Notes under the pieces: generated by a model
What the model saw: only the letters and a program-made list of their open reading frames with translations
Database searches by the model: none
What the model was told of the DNA's origin: nothing
Origin: the human T2T-CHM13v2.0 reference genome, Homo sapiens
NCBI RefSeq assembly: GCF_009914755.1
Contig: NC_060937.1
DNA: 64,000 nt
Strand: one strand, 5' to 3'
Made by a program: the position numbers and the translations under genes
In this document: positions 27,681 through 43,120 of the stretch, piece by piece
Position numbering within the stretch: the stretch's first letter is position 1
Layout: each line of letters begins with the position of its first letter

Positions 27681-29329
27681 AAAGACACTGTCATTTGTAA
27701 ATACTCAAGAGAGCATTGTATTTCACAATTCACATTTTGACCTAATTTTAGGAAGGGATTTAGCCAGAGCCTTGAGTTGGGGATTTAACTGTAAATGTTT
27801 ACTCAGGATGCAAAGTTTGCACAGAGCCTCAGAACCACAGCCATCCTCGCCTACTGCTCGTCACACATCGCCACCCCCCGGAGCATACTTTCTCACTTGA
27901 GGAAATAAGGCTAATGTAGGAAGCATTTAGCTCAGCTCTATGCCAGCTCTGTATTGACCTTGTATGTTCAGCTCTGTAATTTTAAGACTTCATAAATATA
28001 AAAATACTTACTTTTTATCTTCAGTTTGGCTTTAATTTCTCTTCTCTGGGAGAACTGTAAACCTGCCAACTTTAAAGTTAGTTGATCTATTTATTCTGAG
28101 CTATAGGAATACAGAATAAGTCAGCTGTTATTTTTTTAAAAGTTAGAGCAATCTTAACTGATATCCTAGGGAAAAAGTTTATTGCATGCATTAAAAATGG
28201 AATTTGGTTTATTTCCATGGTTTTGGAGCAATTCAGTGTGCACGTATTTATTGCTTAGATGCCTGCAATTACACCTATTACAGAAGTACAGAGGCTTAGG
28301 ATGATATTTTTAATGTCCTTCCTCTTAAACACGTTTTACTTTTCTGAAGCTCTTTTGTATTTTTCCTGACCACCGCCTCATAGGATCACCTGAGGACAGG
28401 CCTCATTGTCTTGCATCCTGATTTATAAGATCAACACAGGGGCAGCTATGGACAGTAGCTGACCCCAGCTACTCTGAAGGTGACACGCTGTTCTGGGTGT
28501 TTCTGTCTTCTCTATAGCTGGCCTTCTGCAAGTGGTCACATCTGTGGTCAGAGCCAGGTCAGCTAGAGTGGAAGGGTCAGAGGTTAAGGGTTCAGGGTCC
28601 TAATTGAGAGTTTCCCTCCTGGGGGCTATGGGCACTGTGGATGTCATCCTGCTGCCCGCTCTTGATGCAAGTCTTGTGGGACTGCCAAAGCTGGACATCC
28701 CGGCCAGCAAGAGCTAGCACAGGGAGAGCTTCCTAGTAAGGAGTAATAGGGGCATCTGGACAAGTGGTGGAGCTTGGCAGCAGTTTCATAGGAGGCAGGC
28801 ATTTGGCATCAAGGGCTACTTCAGCAGGTAGGGGACACCTATCTTAGGTTCAAAGGTGAGAGTACCTACTGGAGGAGGTATAAGGATGGTATTGAGAAAC
28901 ACAAATTGAAATCCAAAGTTCAGAGGACAGGGGGAAGGGGATTAGTAAGGCAGAACCTCAGCATAAAGCAAAGGAATCCAGCTACCAGAACTGGAGTGCA
29001 GGCAGAAGAGATAAGTCCAGTTATAATGGCTGAAATTGTAGCAAATGCTCTTGGAGTCTTACAGGGGTTTGAGTTGTTTACCTGCAGGGAGAGGAGTGAG
29101 GTAGGGGCAAAGAAAGGACACACCTGTTCCTAAGGATCAGCAAGTCCTCCCTGGGGTGTGGGACCTTGGAGTGACTGGAGATAGTGTACCTTGTGAAACT
29201 CGGTGTTTTTGAAGGAGTCTGTGTAATTCCCCACATGCACAGTTTGTTTCCTTATCTTTTCTCAGTTCTACATTGTGGTCCTTCTATTCCTGGCTTATAG
29301 CCCCTTCCTAGGGATTCAAATGCCCATTG

Positions 29330-29760
29330 CTCAATATTCAGCATATGCTTACTGAGCACCTATTATGTACAAAGGCATTGTGTTACATCCTCTGAGGGCT
29401 CCAGTGGTCAATGAGTCAGAGTCTGCATCTTCAAGGTGTGGACACTATGGTGCTGAGGCATGAAAAGGATGCGAATAAGCCCAAGTCGAGATGCTGGGTG
29501 GTGGATGGGATATGAATGGTCCAGAAGACCACAGCTGTCTAGGGGCAAAAAGATAGGGTTCCAGGAGTGTTTATGGAAGGTTTCTTGGAGGAACCCTTCC
29601 TTGAGTTGAACCTTGGAGATTGACTTTCAGTAGGTATAGAGCAAGGGATAAGGCTGAGGAAAGAGCAGGTGTAGAGATAGGAAAGCATTCTCTTGGCGTT
29701 TAGGACAAGGAGACAAGGTTGGAACTGAAATGTAGCCCTGCACAGATGTGCCCACATTTG
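29330..29760 (-). mobile_element. L2 fragments
   Basis: attcagcatatgcttactgagcacctattatgtacaaaggcattgtg...ggaaggtttcttggagga...ttgagttgaaccttg. Confidence 0.6.
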
Positions 29761-30067
29761 GTAGAGCCTAAGTGTCAGATTAATTCCACTAAATTACGTT
29801 GAAGCTTCAGGTGGTAGTTCCAGAGCTTTCTTGAATATTTTATGCAAGACTAATACAATGAAGGAGGTGCTTAGTTTTACACAGGGTGAATTAAATGGGC
29901 ATGTAAGGAAGAAAAGCATGTCAGAACACATGTGCAATTGTGAGAGCATCATGAAGAGCTGTGAAGGTAACAGCTTGATGAAGGAGAGAAAAGAACCAAA
30001 GATGGCTGCTGTTTTGAATCCAGCTGACTCAGAGACTATTGGTACAATAAATCGCATTAGGGAGGTC

Positions 30068-30109
30068 TGTGTGCGTGCGTGCGTGCATGTGTGTGCGCGT
30101 GCATGTGCG
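30068..30109. repeat. Alternating purine-pyrimidine (TG/CG) tract
   Basis: tgtgtgcgtgcgtgcgtgcatgtgtgtgcgcgtgcatgtgcg. Confidence 0.85.
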
Positions 30110-30879
30110 AGGTAATGAATGCAGAAGACTGAAGTACAAATAGAAGGTTGATTAGGCAGCTAGCTGGAAATAGATGTGAACATGTTCAGGCAATTAGAAT
30201 GTGGTGCCACAGCTCAGGTTGTGTTAGGGATTCAGAAAGAAGAGAGGTCAGAACCTTGGCTTTCATATTAATTTAAGGCACAGAAGGAAAACAAGGAGCA
30301 ATAGAAAGAAACAGAGACACAACCATTCAAAATAGATAACAGCCAGGAAAGTGTGTTACCAAACCAAGAGGTGAGAATTTCCAGATATCATATCTTGCTG
30401 TATAATAATTAAAATTTATCTATCTCTATGTAAAAATGGTATTATACATAGGACAGAAATCACCAATTAAGATGAATAAGAGTACCATATTTAATCAAGT
30501 GCATACATCTGTTAATATCCATTTTCAGAATGTAAACAGCTTAAAATAAAAGCTGACAGAAGTCCCCTGTGTCTGCTATAACAAAACCAATGTTCACTGT
30601 ATAAATAACTTTTTATTTTGCTTCTCTGGTGAAGAATCTGGGCACAATCTCCTTATCTGTGGACTGTTAGGGTCAAAGAAGGAACTGGTAACATTGCACA
30701 AAATCCCATTTTCATCTACCACTGAGCATGGGAGCTCCTCCTCTGTGTCAGAAGCCCACACCTTCCTCCAGGCATGGAGCCTAGGGCCATAGTGCAGTCT
30801 CCTTTTGGTATTTCCTCTCATGAGCTTGGAAAAGACAATTTGAGACTTACTGTAGTGTGGGGATTGAAAAGTTCTATAT

Positions 30880-31420
<541 letters not shown>

Positions 31421-33224
31421 TAACACAATGAAAAGCATTAGACCTAATTCTTCAGGACCAGTGGTCAAATGGTTCACAGTAGGGAATAGTGGGCTTGGTG
31501 CATATTTTCAAGCAAACATTTGCCTTAAATTTCAAGTTAAATATGATATTTTTAAAGAACACCATAAGATAAGATAGAGATATATAATGAGACTAAAATT
31601 ATAGCCTTACTGCAGAGCTCACTAAGGCTTAATGATGGAAAACCTACAGCGACATTGTATTTGGTATTATCAGGGCTTGTCTACAACATGCTCTTGTTGT
31701 TAGCAAACATGGTTTATATTATGTATGAATTACTTGGGTATAGATGTAAATATCACTTCTATATTTAGACTCTCCTGTTGGGTTCTGCCTAGAGCTCTAT
31801 GAACAACTTTTGTTATTAGAAAATCTATGATCTGTAATTTGTAGACGTGTCCAAAAATATACAAGAATGAATTAATAAAGACTCTTTAAACAGATGGTTC
31901 TTAAAAAAAAAAACTTCTATATGGGATACAGTATACTGAACTGAAGCAAGATGTGGAAGTCAATACATTATTGTCTGAAAATCTTCGCAGATGTCAATGA
32001 CAGTAAATGCTAGACAGAGACAATAAATTCTGGACTTTTTAACAGGAAAATTGCTTGGAACAATTTATTTCCCCAGAATCTCAACCACCTTAAGTTAGCA
32101 TCATAGATCATTGTATCTTGATCTCCCGTGCATATGAACTAAGGAGAAATGGAAAGTTTCAGGAAGAGTCTGAAGGTCAAGGTGGCCCTAAGCTTTAGCT
32201 TCTTGAATCTAAACCACTCTTATTGCAGTGAAAATGAATTTTTGATCAACCCACTATTGACCATGTGTCCTTCCTAAGGCTATTTTTAAATTTGGAGAGA
32301 GGTACAGCAGGGCTTTCCTTGGTATTAGAATAGGAGGGGCCTGGTTGTTCATAAAATATTGGAATAGCTTTAGGTTTTCATGCTTCTGTATTTATACGAC
32401 TTAAAAGAAGAAACCCCGCTGGACTTGGAGGAAAGAGATTTAGGTTTTAGTGCTAGTTGTGGTACTAACTAGTATATAACTAGGTCATTTACATTATAGT
32501 CCTTATATTTCTAACTTTAAAATAAAGTTATTTTTCAGCATAAGCAATATTTTTTTTGGGTTTTACACCCATTCATAGAAACTCCTTCTTGGAAATTGAT
32601 ATCTAAACAAACATCTTCAAATTGGTTTGAAGCTTTGGCCAGAACTCATGATGTTTACATTTGTCAAGTGGAATTACCCCTTGACCATTAAAAAAGAAAT
32701 CCTGTTTGGATGTACTTTTGAGCTGATTAGGAAAAATTATTTGTTTTGAAAAGATGAATGCATTTTAATACTGGTTGATGAGGCTTGATTGGACTATGCA
32801 ATACAGGTGAGGCAGTTTTTATCCTGATTTTGATTCCAACTATTTTGTCTGTGTTCCCAACCATCCACTTCTATGAGAAGAGGAAACAATAGGAACTGTA
32901 GCCCAAGCACGGGTGAGTCATTACTCATAAGAATGACGGAAAAGAAGTTTCCAATGCTACAAGTGACATTAATGCTGTATAATCATGGCTCAGGATATTT
33001 TGGCTGCCCTCATTTTTGTCAGCAGCAGCAGCTACAGCAAAGTGCCGTTGTTGGGTATGCTGCAAAGAGATGGCCCTCTATCTGATGTCAGTTCCAATTT
33101 TTTGAAACACTTAATCCACATGATTTATAGGTCATCTTTAAAGTTCAGATGTATTCACCAACTGTGAGGTTCTAAAAACAGCCAGTCCAGCTGTTCATCA
33201 GTAATATTTGCTACTGAAATCCAG

Positions 33225-33400
33225 ATTCAACAGACGTGTATCAAGTACTGGATATTTTCACATGTATAGGCTCATTGTACCCTTGCAAGTACCTGTGAGG
33301 TGGGTCTTGTATCAGTTTTCATAGATGAAGGTGTACTAACAAAGGTTAAATGTCTCATCTGAGCTCATATGACTAACAGTGGCACAACCAGGTCTGAACT
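33225..33400 (-). mobile_element. MIR
   Basis: cctgtgaggtgggt...cagttttcatagatgaagg...aaggttaaatg. Confidence 0.55.
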
Positions 33401-33894
33401 GCTACCAACAGGAGTGAGTGCTGAAGGGCTCCACCTCTTAGGGTCTGATACCTATGCAGCCACTGATCGATGAGCTGAAGTGGTGGTCTTATAAGTAAAG
33501 AGAGAAAAGAATATCTGAAGAAAAAATATGAAAGACACCACACCAATGAGAAAACCCAGCAAACTCAGACCTTCCTGATCTTTCAATGAAAGGACAGTCC
33601 TCACATGCCCAAGGTTTGGACTGGATTGCTGGGAAAATTTGTGTCTTTCAGCCTCTCAACCTAAGTGATCCTTCAACAATCTTTGCAAGTACATGAAGAA
33701 TAAGGATATCTACACTGAGGTCTCATCATCCCAAGCTCTTAGTGAACTGCTGCATGGGGCTAGGTATGTCCAAACCATGGTTCACTTGGGTAGTTTATGC
33801 CTTCAAGACAGACATCCTCTATCATGATAATAGTATTTTCAGTACTCACTCAATCTTTCTGCTGCCTTTGACTCCTAGCTTAGACCAGGAACAG

Positions 33895-34130
33895 AATAAG
33901 ACAGTGATTAGAGCATTGACTTTGGAAGTCAGACAGTTAAGTTTTCTCATTTTTGTCACTGACTGGCTGTGTGTTTTTAGGCAAGATAGTTAACCTCTCT
34001 GTCCCTCAATTTACTCTTCTGTAAGATGACAATAACAATAATAGCTACCTCACAAGGTTAGCAGGAGGGGTAAATAAGTATATAAATTCTCTATTTGCTT
34101 TGGGCTGTCCAATTATCATCAATAGGCTGA
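33895..34130 (+). mobile_element. MIR
   Basis: agtgattagagcattgactttggaagtcagacag...ggcaagatagttaacctctctgtccctcaatttactcttctgtaagatg...ctacctcacaaggtt. Confidence 0.8.
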
Positions 34131-35164
34131 TAAGTGTGTATGTGTAATTATCGTTTTTCTTTAAATTCTTCTTTTTGATTCTCTTTAGCCTTTACCTTTT
34201 TGCTTTTTTATCTCTATCTTCTCCTCAATGCTCGTTACATTCCTATTTTATAAATAAATGTGTCATCCAAACATACTTTTCCAACAACCCATTCTTTGGG
34301 GAAAAAAAGTACAGTTACAGCTTTAATTATCACCTAGGTTCTGATAATGCTCAAATTGAGATGCATTTTAAATAGGTGGCTTTTGAGAATGTACTGTGTG
34401 CCAAGTTCTGGGAGAGTGTCTCTTACATGTACTTTATTGTTTTCTCTCAAATGCAAGTATATACTATTATTTTGATATTAAAGAAGAGAAAGTTAAGTTT
34501 CAGAGAGATTTACTAACTTGCCCTAAGTCTCACAGCAGGTAGATAACAGTTATCACTGCTGGCTGCCTGCTGAGCTATAAGAGGTTCATTTTTCACAAAC
34601 CGTTTATAGATTCATTTACAAGGCATGTAATAATGTTCTGAAGAATTTGGGCAGTATGGCAAGTGTCAGGTAAGAGGGAATGTGTAACTTAAAAAAGATA
34701 GTATAGTACAAAGAGCTCAAGGTCAGTAGTAAGCCTTGTTGGAATTTTTTTTGTTTTCTTTTTAGAAATTTAGGGTCTGTTATCTCAGGCTAGTCACATA
34801 ACCATTTCAATCCTCATTTTAAGAATGATAATTGTAACATCAATGTGAGCTTTTTAAAATAGTATGGATAAGAAAGGTGTTTCTAAATCTTCAGTCATTA
34901 TAGAAATGTAAATTTTATTACTCTTATTATTTATTTTTCAAACTTACAGAATTCTACTTGTAATCTCACACACAGATTGGTGAATATTAATTAACTGTTG
35001 GGCAAGATTCATTCTGATTGCCTGATATAATTTTGGCCAACAAAAGATGGAGAATGGTGGGCTTGTGTTTTTTTAAATCATATTTTGACTTCAGAAGGAA
35101 GCTCTGCTAGCATCAAACTGAATTTTGGAGCCATTTTAACCAATTCTAAGTGAGAATCTATATA

Positions 35165-35506
<342 letters not shown>

Positions 35507-36451
35507 TAAATTTTATTAGTCAATAAAGCTACATATCTTCCCAATCCCTCTCTTTCCCAGCCTAGTTTATTCCACTGATATCTAGCTGGTATTTGGAGAT
35601 TCCATCTTAATGAAGCTAAAACACATGAAGATATGTGTAGATTATATCTTTGGTTCTATTAATGAGCTAGGAAAAAGGGGTGTAGCTGTCTCTTTAAGCA
35701 AGCGGACTTCAGGCTGTTTCAATGAGAATAACCCAGGTGCTGATCACCTTAATGACAACACTATTTTAAAAAGCATTTTAAACACATTACACTGCAGATT
35801 ATTCTTTTTTTTTTTTCTTAATGGAGCTGTCCTTGAAGGACCATTATGCCATTCCTTTCAGATGTTTAATAAAGCAAAAGGTTATAATGATCATGCTTGA
35901 GAATAGGTTTTGTGCAGCTGGGAATTGCAATATAGCAATCTTTGATCAAATCATCAAGATGCTAAAATGTATTTTTAGTGGAGTGGTGATGGGGGCTTTG
36001 TTAAATTGGTTTAATCAGTGTTACCTATGACCATTCATACAACTATATTTTTAATTATTGTCATCCTAATCAAAACACATGTATTTATGGCTCCTTTGTG
36101 CATATTCCTAATTTGAGATCTATGAGAATTTCATCTCAGGCCCTCCACAGGCCTATAGTTGGCAACAACCCTGAAGCTATGTAAGCAACTAAATAAAGTA
36201 TGGGTACATTATTTATTGTAGAAAGTGCTAGTGTGGGGCTTTGAGCGTGGGCCCCCTGAATGTGCTTGTTTGGGTTCAAAGATGTACATTGTGCTTATTA
36301 GTGGCCATGTGTTAGACATGTAACTCAGTCATCTATGATAATAATGTTACCTTATGAGAATTAAATGATAGTTTGTTTTATGTAAAGTCTTAGTATCAAG
36401 CTTTTAGCAAGTGTTCAGTAAATGGTAGCTCTTTAAAAATCATACACTATG

Positions 36452-38612
36452 CCTCACAATAAGAGGAGCCATGTATGACAAACCCACACCCAACATTATA
36501 CTGAACAGGGAAAAACTGGAAGCATTCCCCTTGAGAACTGGAACATTACAAGGATGCCCACTCTCACCATTCCTATTCAACGCAGTACTGGAAGTTCTTG
36601 CCAGAGGAATCAGGCAAGAGAAAGAAGTAAAAATTCATCCAAATAGGAAAAGAAGAAGTCAAACTATCTCTCTTCACTGATGATATGATTCTATACATAG
36701 AAAATCCTGAAGAATCTGCCAAAAGGCTCCTGGAACTGATAAACAATTTCAGTAAAGTTTCAGGATACAAAATCAATGTACAAAATAATCAGTAGCATTT
36801 CTATACACCAATAATGAACCAAGCTAAGAGCCAAATCAAGAACGTAATGCCATTTACAATAGCTGCAAAATATAGAATACCTAGAAATACATCTAACCAA
36901 GGAGGTGAAAGATTTCTACAAGATCTCTACATGGAGAATTACCCAACACTGATGAAAGAAATCATAGATTACCCAAACAAATGAGAAAACATTTCATGTC
37001 ATGGATTGGAAGAACCAATAATATCATCAAAATGGCTATACTGTCCAAAGCAATCTACAGATTCAACACTATTTCTATCAAGCTACCAATGACATTTTTC
37101 ACAGAACTGGAAAAAAAACTATTCTAAAATTCATGTGGAACCAAAAAAGACTGAAGCAATCCCAAGCAAAAAAACAAAGCCAGAGGCATCACATTACCTG
37201 ACATCAAACTACACCATAAGGCTACATACAGTAAGCAAAACAGCATGGTACTGATATAAAAACAGACATATAGACAAATGGAACAGAATAGAGAACGCAG
37301 AAATAAAGCTACACACCCACAGCCATCTGATCTTCGGTAAAGTCCACAAAATAAGAAATGGGGAAAGGACTTTCTATTGAATAAATGGTGCTGAGATAGC
37401 TGGCTAGCTATATGTGAAAGAATGAAACTGAACCCCTGCCTATTACAGTATACAAAAATTAACTCAAGATGGCATAAAGATTTAAATGTAAGACCTCAAA
37501 ACTATAAGAATCCTAGAAGAAAGCCTAGGAAACACCATTCTGGAAATGGATCTTGGGAATAATTTATGACTAAGTCCTCAAAAGCAATTCCTCAATAAAA
37601 ACAAAAATTGACAAGTGGGACCTAAGTAAATTAAAGAGCTTCTGCACAGCAAAAGAAATTATCAACAGAGTAAACAGGCACCCTATTGGATGGGAAAAAA
37701 CACTGAGAAACTATGCATCTGTCAAAGTCTAATATTCAAAAACTATAAGGAATTTAAACAAGCAAAAAACAAATTACCTCATTAAAAAATAAGCAAAGGA
37801 CAGGAACAGACACTTCTCAAAAGAAGACATACAAGCAGCTAGCAAACATATAAAAAATGCTCATCATCACTAATCATCAGATAAATGCAAATCAAAACCA
37901 CAATGAGATACCATTTCACATCAGTCAGAATGTCTGTTATTAAAAAGTCAAAAAATAACAGATGCTTACAAGGCTGTGGAGAAGAGAGAATGCTTACACA
38001 GTGTTGGTGGAAATGTAAATTAGTTCAGTCACTGTGAAAAACAGTTTGGAGATTTGTCAAATAAGTTAAAACAGAGCTACCATTTGACCCAGCAATCCCA
38101 TTGCTGGGTATATGTCCAAAAGAAAAGAAATCATTCTGCCAAAAGCACATATGCATGAGTATGTTCATCGCAAAATTATTCACAATAGCAAAGACATGGA
38201 ATCAACTGAGGTACCCCTCAATGGTGGATAGATAAACAAAATGTGGTACATATACAACATGGGATACTGCACAGCCAAAAAGGAATGAAATCATGTTCTT
38301 TGCCACAATATGGATGCAGCTGGTGGCCATTATCCTAAGCAAATTAACACAGAATCAGAAAACCAAATACTTCATGTTCTCACTTATAAGTGGGAGCTAA
38401 ACAATGGGTAGTCATGCCATAAAGATGGCAACAATAGACACTAGAGACTGCTTGAGGGAGAAGGGGGACAAGTGTTGAAGAACTGTTGGGTACTATGCTC
38501 AGTACCTGGGTGACAGGATCATTCATACCCCAAACCTCAGCATCACAAAATACACCCACATAACAAACCTGCACATATAACCCCTGAACCCAAAATAAAA
38601 GTTGAAAAAATA
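36452..38612 (+). mobile_element. 5'-truncated L1 (L1PB/L1PA15-16-like): disabled ORF2 3' half and 3'UTR
   Basis: Translation [44 protein letters not shown] matches the L1 RT domain; [10 protein letters not shown] follows in another frame; 3' end is aacaaacctgcacatataacccctgaacccaaaataaaagttgaaaaaa. It carries many frameshifts and a degenerate TSD ending tatgcc. Confidence 0.95.
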
Positions 38613-39399
38613 ACAATAATATGCCGAGCATCAGAGACAATATTAATAATAATTAATAATTTTAAACTGCCTTTATCACATTGCTCTTGACCATTCAGAT
38701 TTTTAAAATCTAGAGCCAAAGGACTGACAAAGGAAGTTGAATCTCTTTTTTTCAGCATCATAACATTAAAAAAATCATTTCTAGCAACTGAGTTCCTGTA
38801 AAATAATCAGCTGTGTTTCATCATGTACATGCAATGTGCAGGAAGAAGGTTTGCCTGGGATTGGTGTCTGTCACCCAGAAGTCAGGATCTAGGAGCCCTC
38901 CATGGAACAGTCAGGGATGTTAGAGCTCTGAAAGCATCTCTGGAAGAGGTGCTTTCTTTGTGGCTCACAGAAGGTCAGGATAGGAGAGAAAGAAAGCAGC
39001 AAATGCTGAGATGAGGGATCCAGGTGGAAACTGTCAGGTTTCTGAGGGCTGGCTAAGAAAGAGAAGGCTGCTCCCTGAAAGTAGGCCTAGACTGAGCAAT
39101 GGAGCCAGTCAGCAGAAATAGCAAAAAAAAAAAAAAAAAAGTCCAAGGCTGGAAAGCCAGTTAGCAATTCAACCTATACCATATTTTCTTTTGACCCCAA
39201 TTTAATTTTTCTAATAAATCAAACCTTCTAATCATCTTACATAGGTATTTTAATAAAAAGAATCCATGACATAGGTTGGCTGTGGCTTAGGCAAGGCTGG
39301 ATTTCCATCACATTATCTCAGACCCTATTCCTGGTTAAATTGTGAGCCTATTACACTTAAGTATATCATATCATAAAGGAGAGAAATAAACTTAAAAAG

Positions 39400-39471
39400 A
39401 AATCAAACCCCAGGTATCATAGGCGGTTACAGAGTAAATCAAACCCCAAGTATCACAGGTGGTAACAGAGT
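39400..39471. repeat. 36-bp tandem duplication
   Basis: aaatcaaaccccaggtatcataggcggttacagagt / aaatcaaaccccaagtatcacaggtggtaacagagt (4 mismatches). Confidence 0.93.
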
Positions 39472-41139
39472 AGCAGGATTTGTTTTTCTTGGACAGTTCT
39501 TATTATTTTTTGGTCTCTGCTCCTTTAGAATGAAGACTCATTAGTCTTTTATTTTTAAAAGTTGAGAAAGCTGCTCTATCTTTAGATATTTACTTTTATG
39601 CTTGAAAAAGTCTTGCAGCAGTGGAAGATAAATGTTTCAAGTTACTGTGAGGAAAAATCCCAAGTGTATAAGAAAGAGAAAGAAAAGGCTGGTCACAGTG
39701 GGGCAGGCCTTACTGGCAAAAGCTGTAATGGGTGATACAGGGAGCCTGGGATTGTCCTGCAGAATCATGTCACTCTATAAGGTTAAGTGACTTGCTAATG
39801 GCCATGTTGTGGAAGGCATGCCTGATGCCAAAGTTCAACCCCTTTCTTGATGATACAGTCTCTATGTTGATAGGTTTTTGGAAGAGAAATGAGCCCAATC
39901 AACCTCTCATGCACACCTTCTTACCCACTTTCATCTTACTGTCTTAGCCCCAAGCCTGAGGCTCATGCCATATGGTTACGGCCAGCCTGTGTGCAGATAC
40001 CTTCTAGACTTTTCTCCCGCTTCTATTTGTTGCCTTGCAGATAACAGGAAATAATATAATTGGTCATAGCCCCTTCAGGTATAAATGATAATGATACATA
40101 CCTACTTTATGACCTTACTCATTTTTCAGTCCCCCTCAATAAGACCAATAAACTATTTTGTTGTTCCTTGCAATTGAAAATGAAGTAACAAGTTCAGCAA
40201 GTGGTGTCAGCTGCATTTTGAAAGTTTCCACAGAGCATGAGTAATTAGGCAACTTAGCACAGTACTTCTGGCTGATGCGTTTTGTAGAACTTTTCTTCTA
40301 CCTATTCAGGAATTCTTTGCTTGGGAAAAACTCAGACGGCATGCAGTTATGTGTTTTTATGTGGAGATAGCACATACTTGCAACTCTTTTGTCTTATAAA
40401 ATTACTTGACACTATTTTTTCCCCTTTGTGGTGAACTGCTATAATCTGTCTTGGAAAGTACTTTTAAAATACCAAAGATGAAGTTCTGTTTCCTTCACAG
40501 ATCATTGGGTGCTTTGCTTTAGCACCTTGCATAATGAATGTCTCATTGGCACACTGCTTAAGCATCATTTAATCACAAAACCTGAAGAAATTCCCTATTT
40601 GACTAGGAGTGACTCTTAAAACCATAGCAATATATACATGAAAATATAAATAAAAAAGAAGCACAAGGTCATGTAAGAATTAATGTGGGATACTTTCTCC
40701 ACGAAATGACCTGGGCAAATCTAAACAAAGAGCTCCTTAATTAAATTAGCAGAAATGGCACATGATCTCGCTACACTGATTCTTCCCTCATCTCTAGTTT
40801 TAAACAAGATATTCCTCATGACCCTAAATAAATACACAATTGACCACTGGAATAGTCCTCAAATAGAGGAATACTGGAATAAACAGAAAACCCAAGTAAT
40901 TTAAAACACTCGTAGTAACTAAATTTCCTACTAAATCCATGAGAGACTATCTATTTTCCATATGCATTTGCAGAATAAAAGCATTCTCTTTCACCTGTGT
41001 CTTTGATGAGAGAAGAAATTAGAAGTGCTATGGCAGGTGGAATGCTAGAGGAACAAGATCAGAGACCATGGTGACATTACAGCTGCAGCTACAGTACATA
41101 AACTTGCATATGTGAGAGTGAGGAAGATCTCAAACATGG

Positions 41140-43120
41140 AGAGCTCGGGACTTCTGCTTGACATAGTGAATTGGCCACACACATTTATCTCTCTCCCCTT
41201 CTAAAACCCTTCTCAAAATGAGAGTAAAGGAATTAATGGGGCATTAACCCACAGGAACCTAGATAACAGGAGAGGAGGCAATAGCTGAGAAGACACTTGA
41301 ACAAACTTTGGAAGAAATTGAGTGGAGAAGTGGTAGTTAATTTAGCAGAGAAGTGCATATTTAAACTTATATAAAGTAACAGAAGGGGATACTAATGAGG
41401 AGTGATCCAGTTTGCTCCACAGACTCCCTTGAAATGTCCACCATTTAGATCCTCAGATCCCAAAATAGGTAGGGTAAAGAACAGGACAGGTATCCCAAGT
41501 GCCTTTCCTCAGCCATAGCAGCCATGTTAGTATCATTTTCCTACTCCATGGCAGTGACTGGAAATGGTTTATTCTCTGAAAAGTTTGAAACCAAGAGGCC
41601 TCAAGTTAAAGGATACTAAATGCAGAAGGTGGCATGGGAGAGATGGGACACTAAAAGGGAATATAAATGAACCTTTAAAATCTGAATTAAAGGACCTCAG
41701 CTCTTAGTATACCAGAGACCAGGTGTGTTTACTATTCAGGAGCTCAGAGAAACAAATTCAGTGGCTCCAAAGGAGAGACTTTAAGGTTCTAAAATCTGTG
41801 GGTATCCTAAAGAAAAGCCTGGCTTATAGTCTGATCACTTCAAGCTCAGCAGTCAACAAACCCTGTCAATGTACATAATAAGATCCCCCCTACCCCAGTA
41901 AACTTTCTTAAACCTCAGCCTTAAATGGAAATTGACAGACAAGGATTATCAGACATCTGAGAAGAGCATCCTCCATGAAATTATAAAAATAAATCAGAAA
42001 TATACAGACAGAGGAAACAGAGACATAATCAGGATCAGAATAAAAGGTACCTGATGCAGGCTTATTCATACATACAATAAGTATTCTCATAGAGATAAAG
42101 TATTGTATCTGTGAAGTAAGAACTGGATGCTGTAAAAAAGAACAGTCAAGGAAAAAGAAAGACTTCTTTGGATTTAAATATATGCTACTTGAAAAAAAAA
42201 AGTTTCAATGGAATGGGAGAGAAAATTAAAGAAATTTCCCAGAAAAAAAGATAAAGGATAATAGGAGGACAAAATTAATAATATTAGAGAATCAATACAG
42301 AAAGCTAACATTCGGTTGATAGAAGTTGCAGAGAGAATAGAGAGACTGAAAGATAATGATCAAATAAACTAATAATTTTTTTAGAACTGAAGGAATGCAC
42401 CTCCTTTGAAAAGATTATGAATGAAAACCTTACAGAAAGAGGTAACATTATTTTCAACTTGGAATTCTTTCAGCTTCTCTTTTCCTGGGAAAAAGACCCA
42501 GAAAAGCTCTTTTTCAAGCAAAAGAGTAAACATAAGACATTTTGTTCATGACTCAAATATTTGACTCTAGTAGAAACTCTTTAAAAAAAGCTATTAAAGG
42601 ATATTCTTCAGTAAATGAGTTTATTCTTGAACGAGGAAAACATAAAAGAAAAGACCCAGCACTGGGAAAGAGCAACGGGAAGTCCCAATATGACAACTGG
42701 GTAATTTATTAACTCTTGTAAGAGAAAAAGTGAACCAAAAAACTAGACATAATTGTAGGATAGTACTTAGCTGTGGTGTAAACAATAGTCATAATAATGT
42801 AAACACTGATCATTCCTAAGCCAAATTTATCACAAACCATATTGAGAAGATGGGGAAGGAAAGTGTTGTGACTGAGTTAAGGGTTCAACCACAAGCATGT
42901 CAAAAGCTGATCAGTTAAAAAATAACATTATAAACATATCATTTGGAAATATAGGAACAAATAACAGAGGAAATAACTTAAATATATCCAATTTTTCTTT
43001 TGGAATTAAGCGTTTCAGAAAAAAACAGGAATTTCTCATCAAAGCGTTCTCTAATTTTACAAACAAAAATAACTATGTTCCATAAGCAAAAACTGGGAAA
43101 GACTGAAAAAATGTACATAT
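41140..43120 (+). mobile_element. Ancient HAL1/L1M-like element (5' region and ORF1-like remnant)
   Basis: cacatttatctctctccccttctaaaacccttctcaaaatgagagtaaaggaa; aggattatcagacatctgagaagagc; strong A-skew with ORF1-like motifs (aacattcggttgatagaagttgcagagagaatag). Confidence 0.55.

Noticed and set aside
29831-30115. 94-aa ORF with a natural-looking composition
   Set aside because: No recognisable family, and it ends inside a microsatellite.
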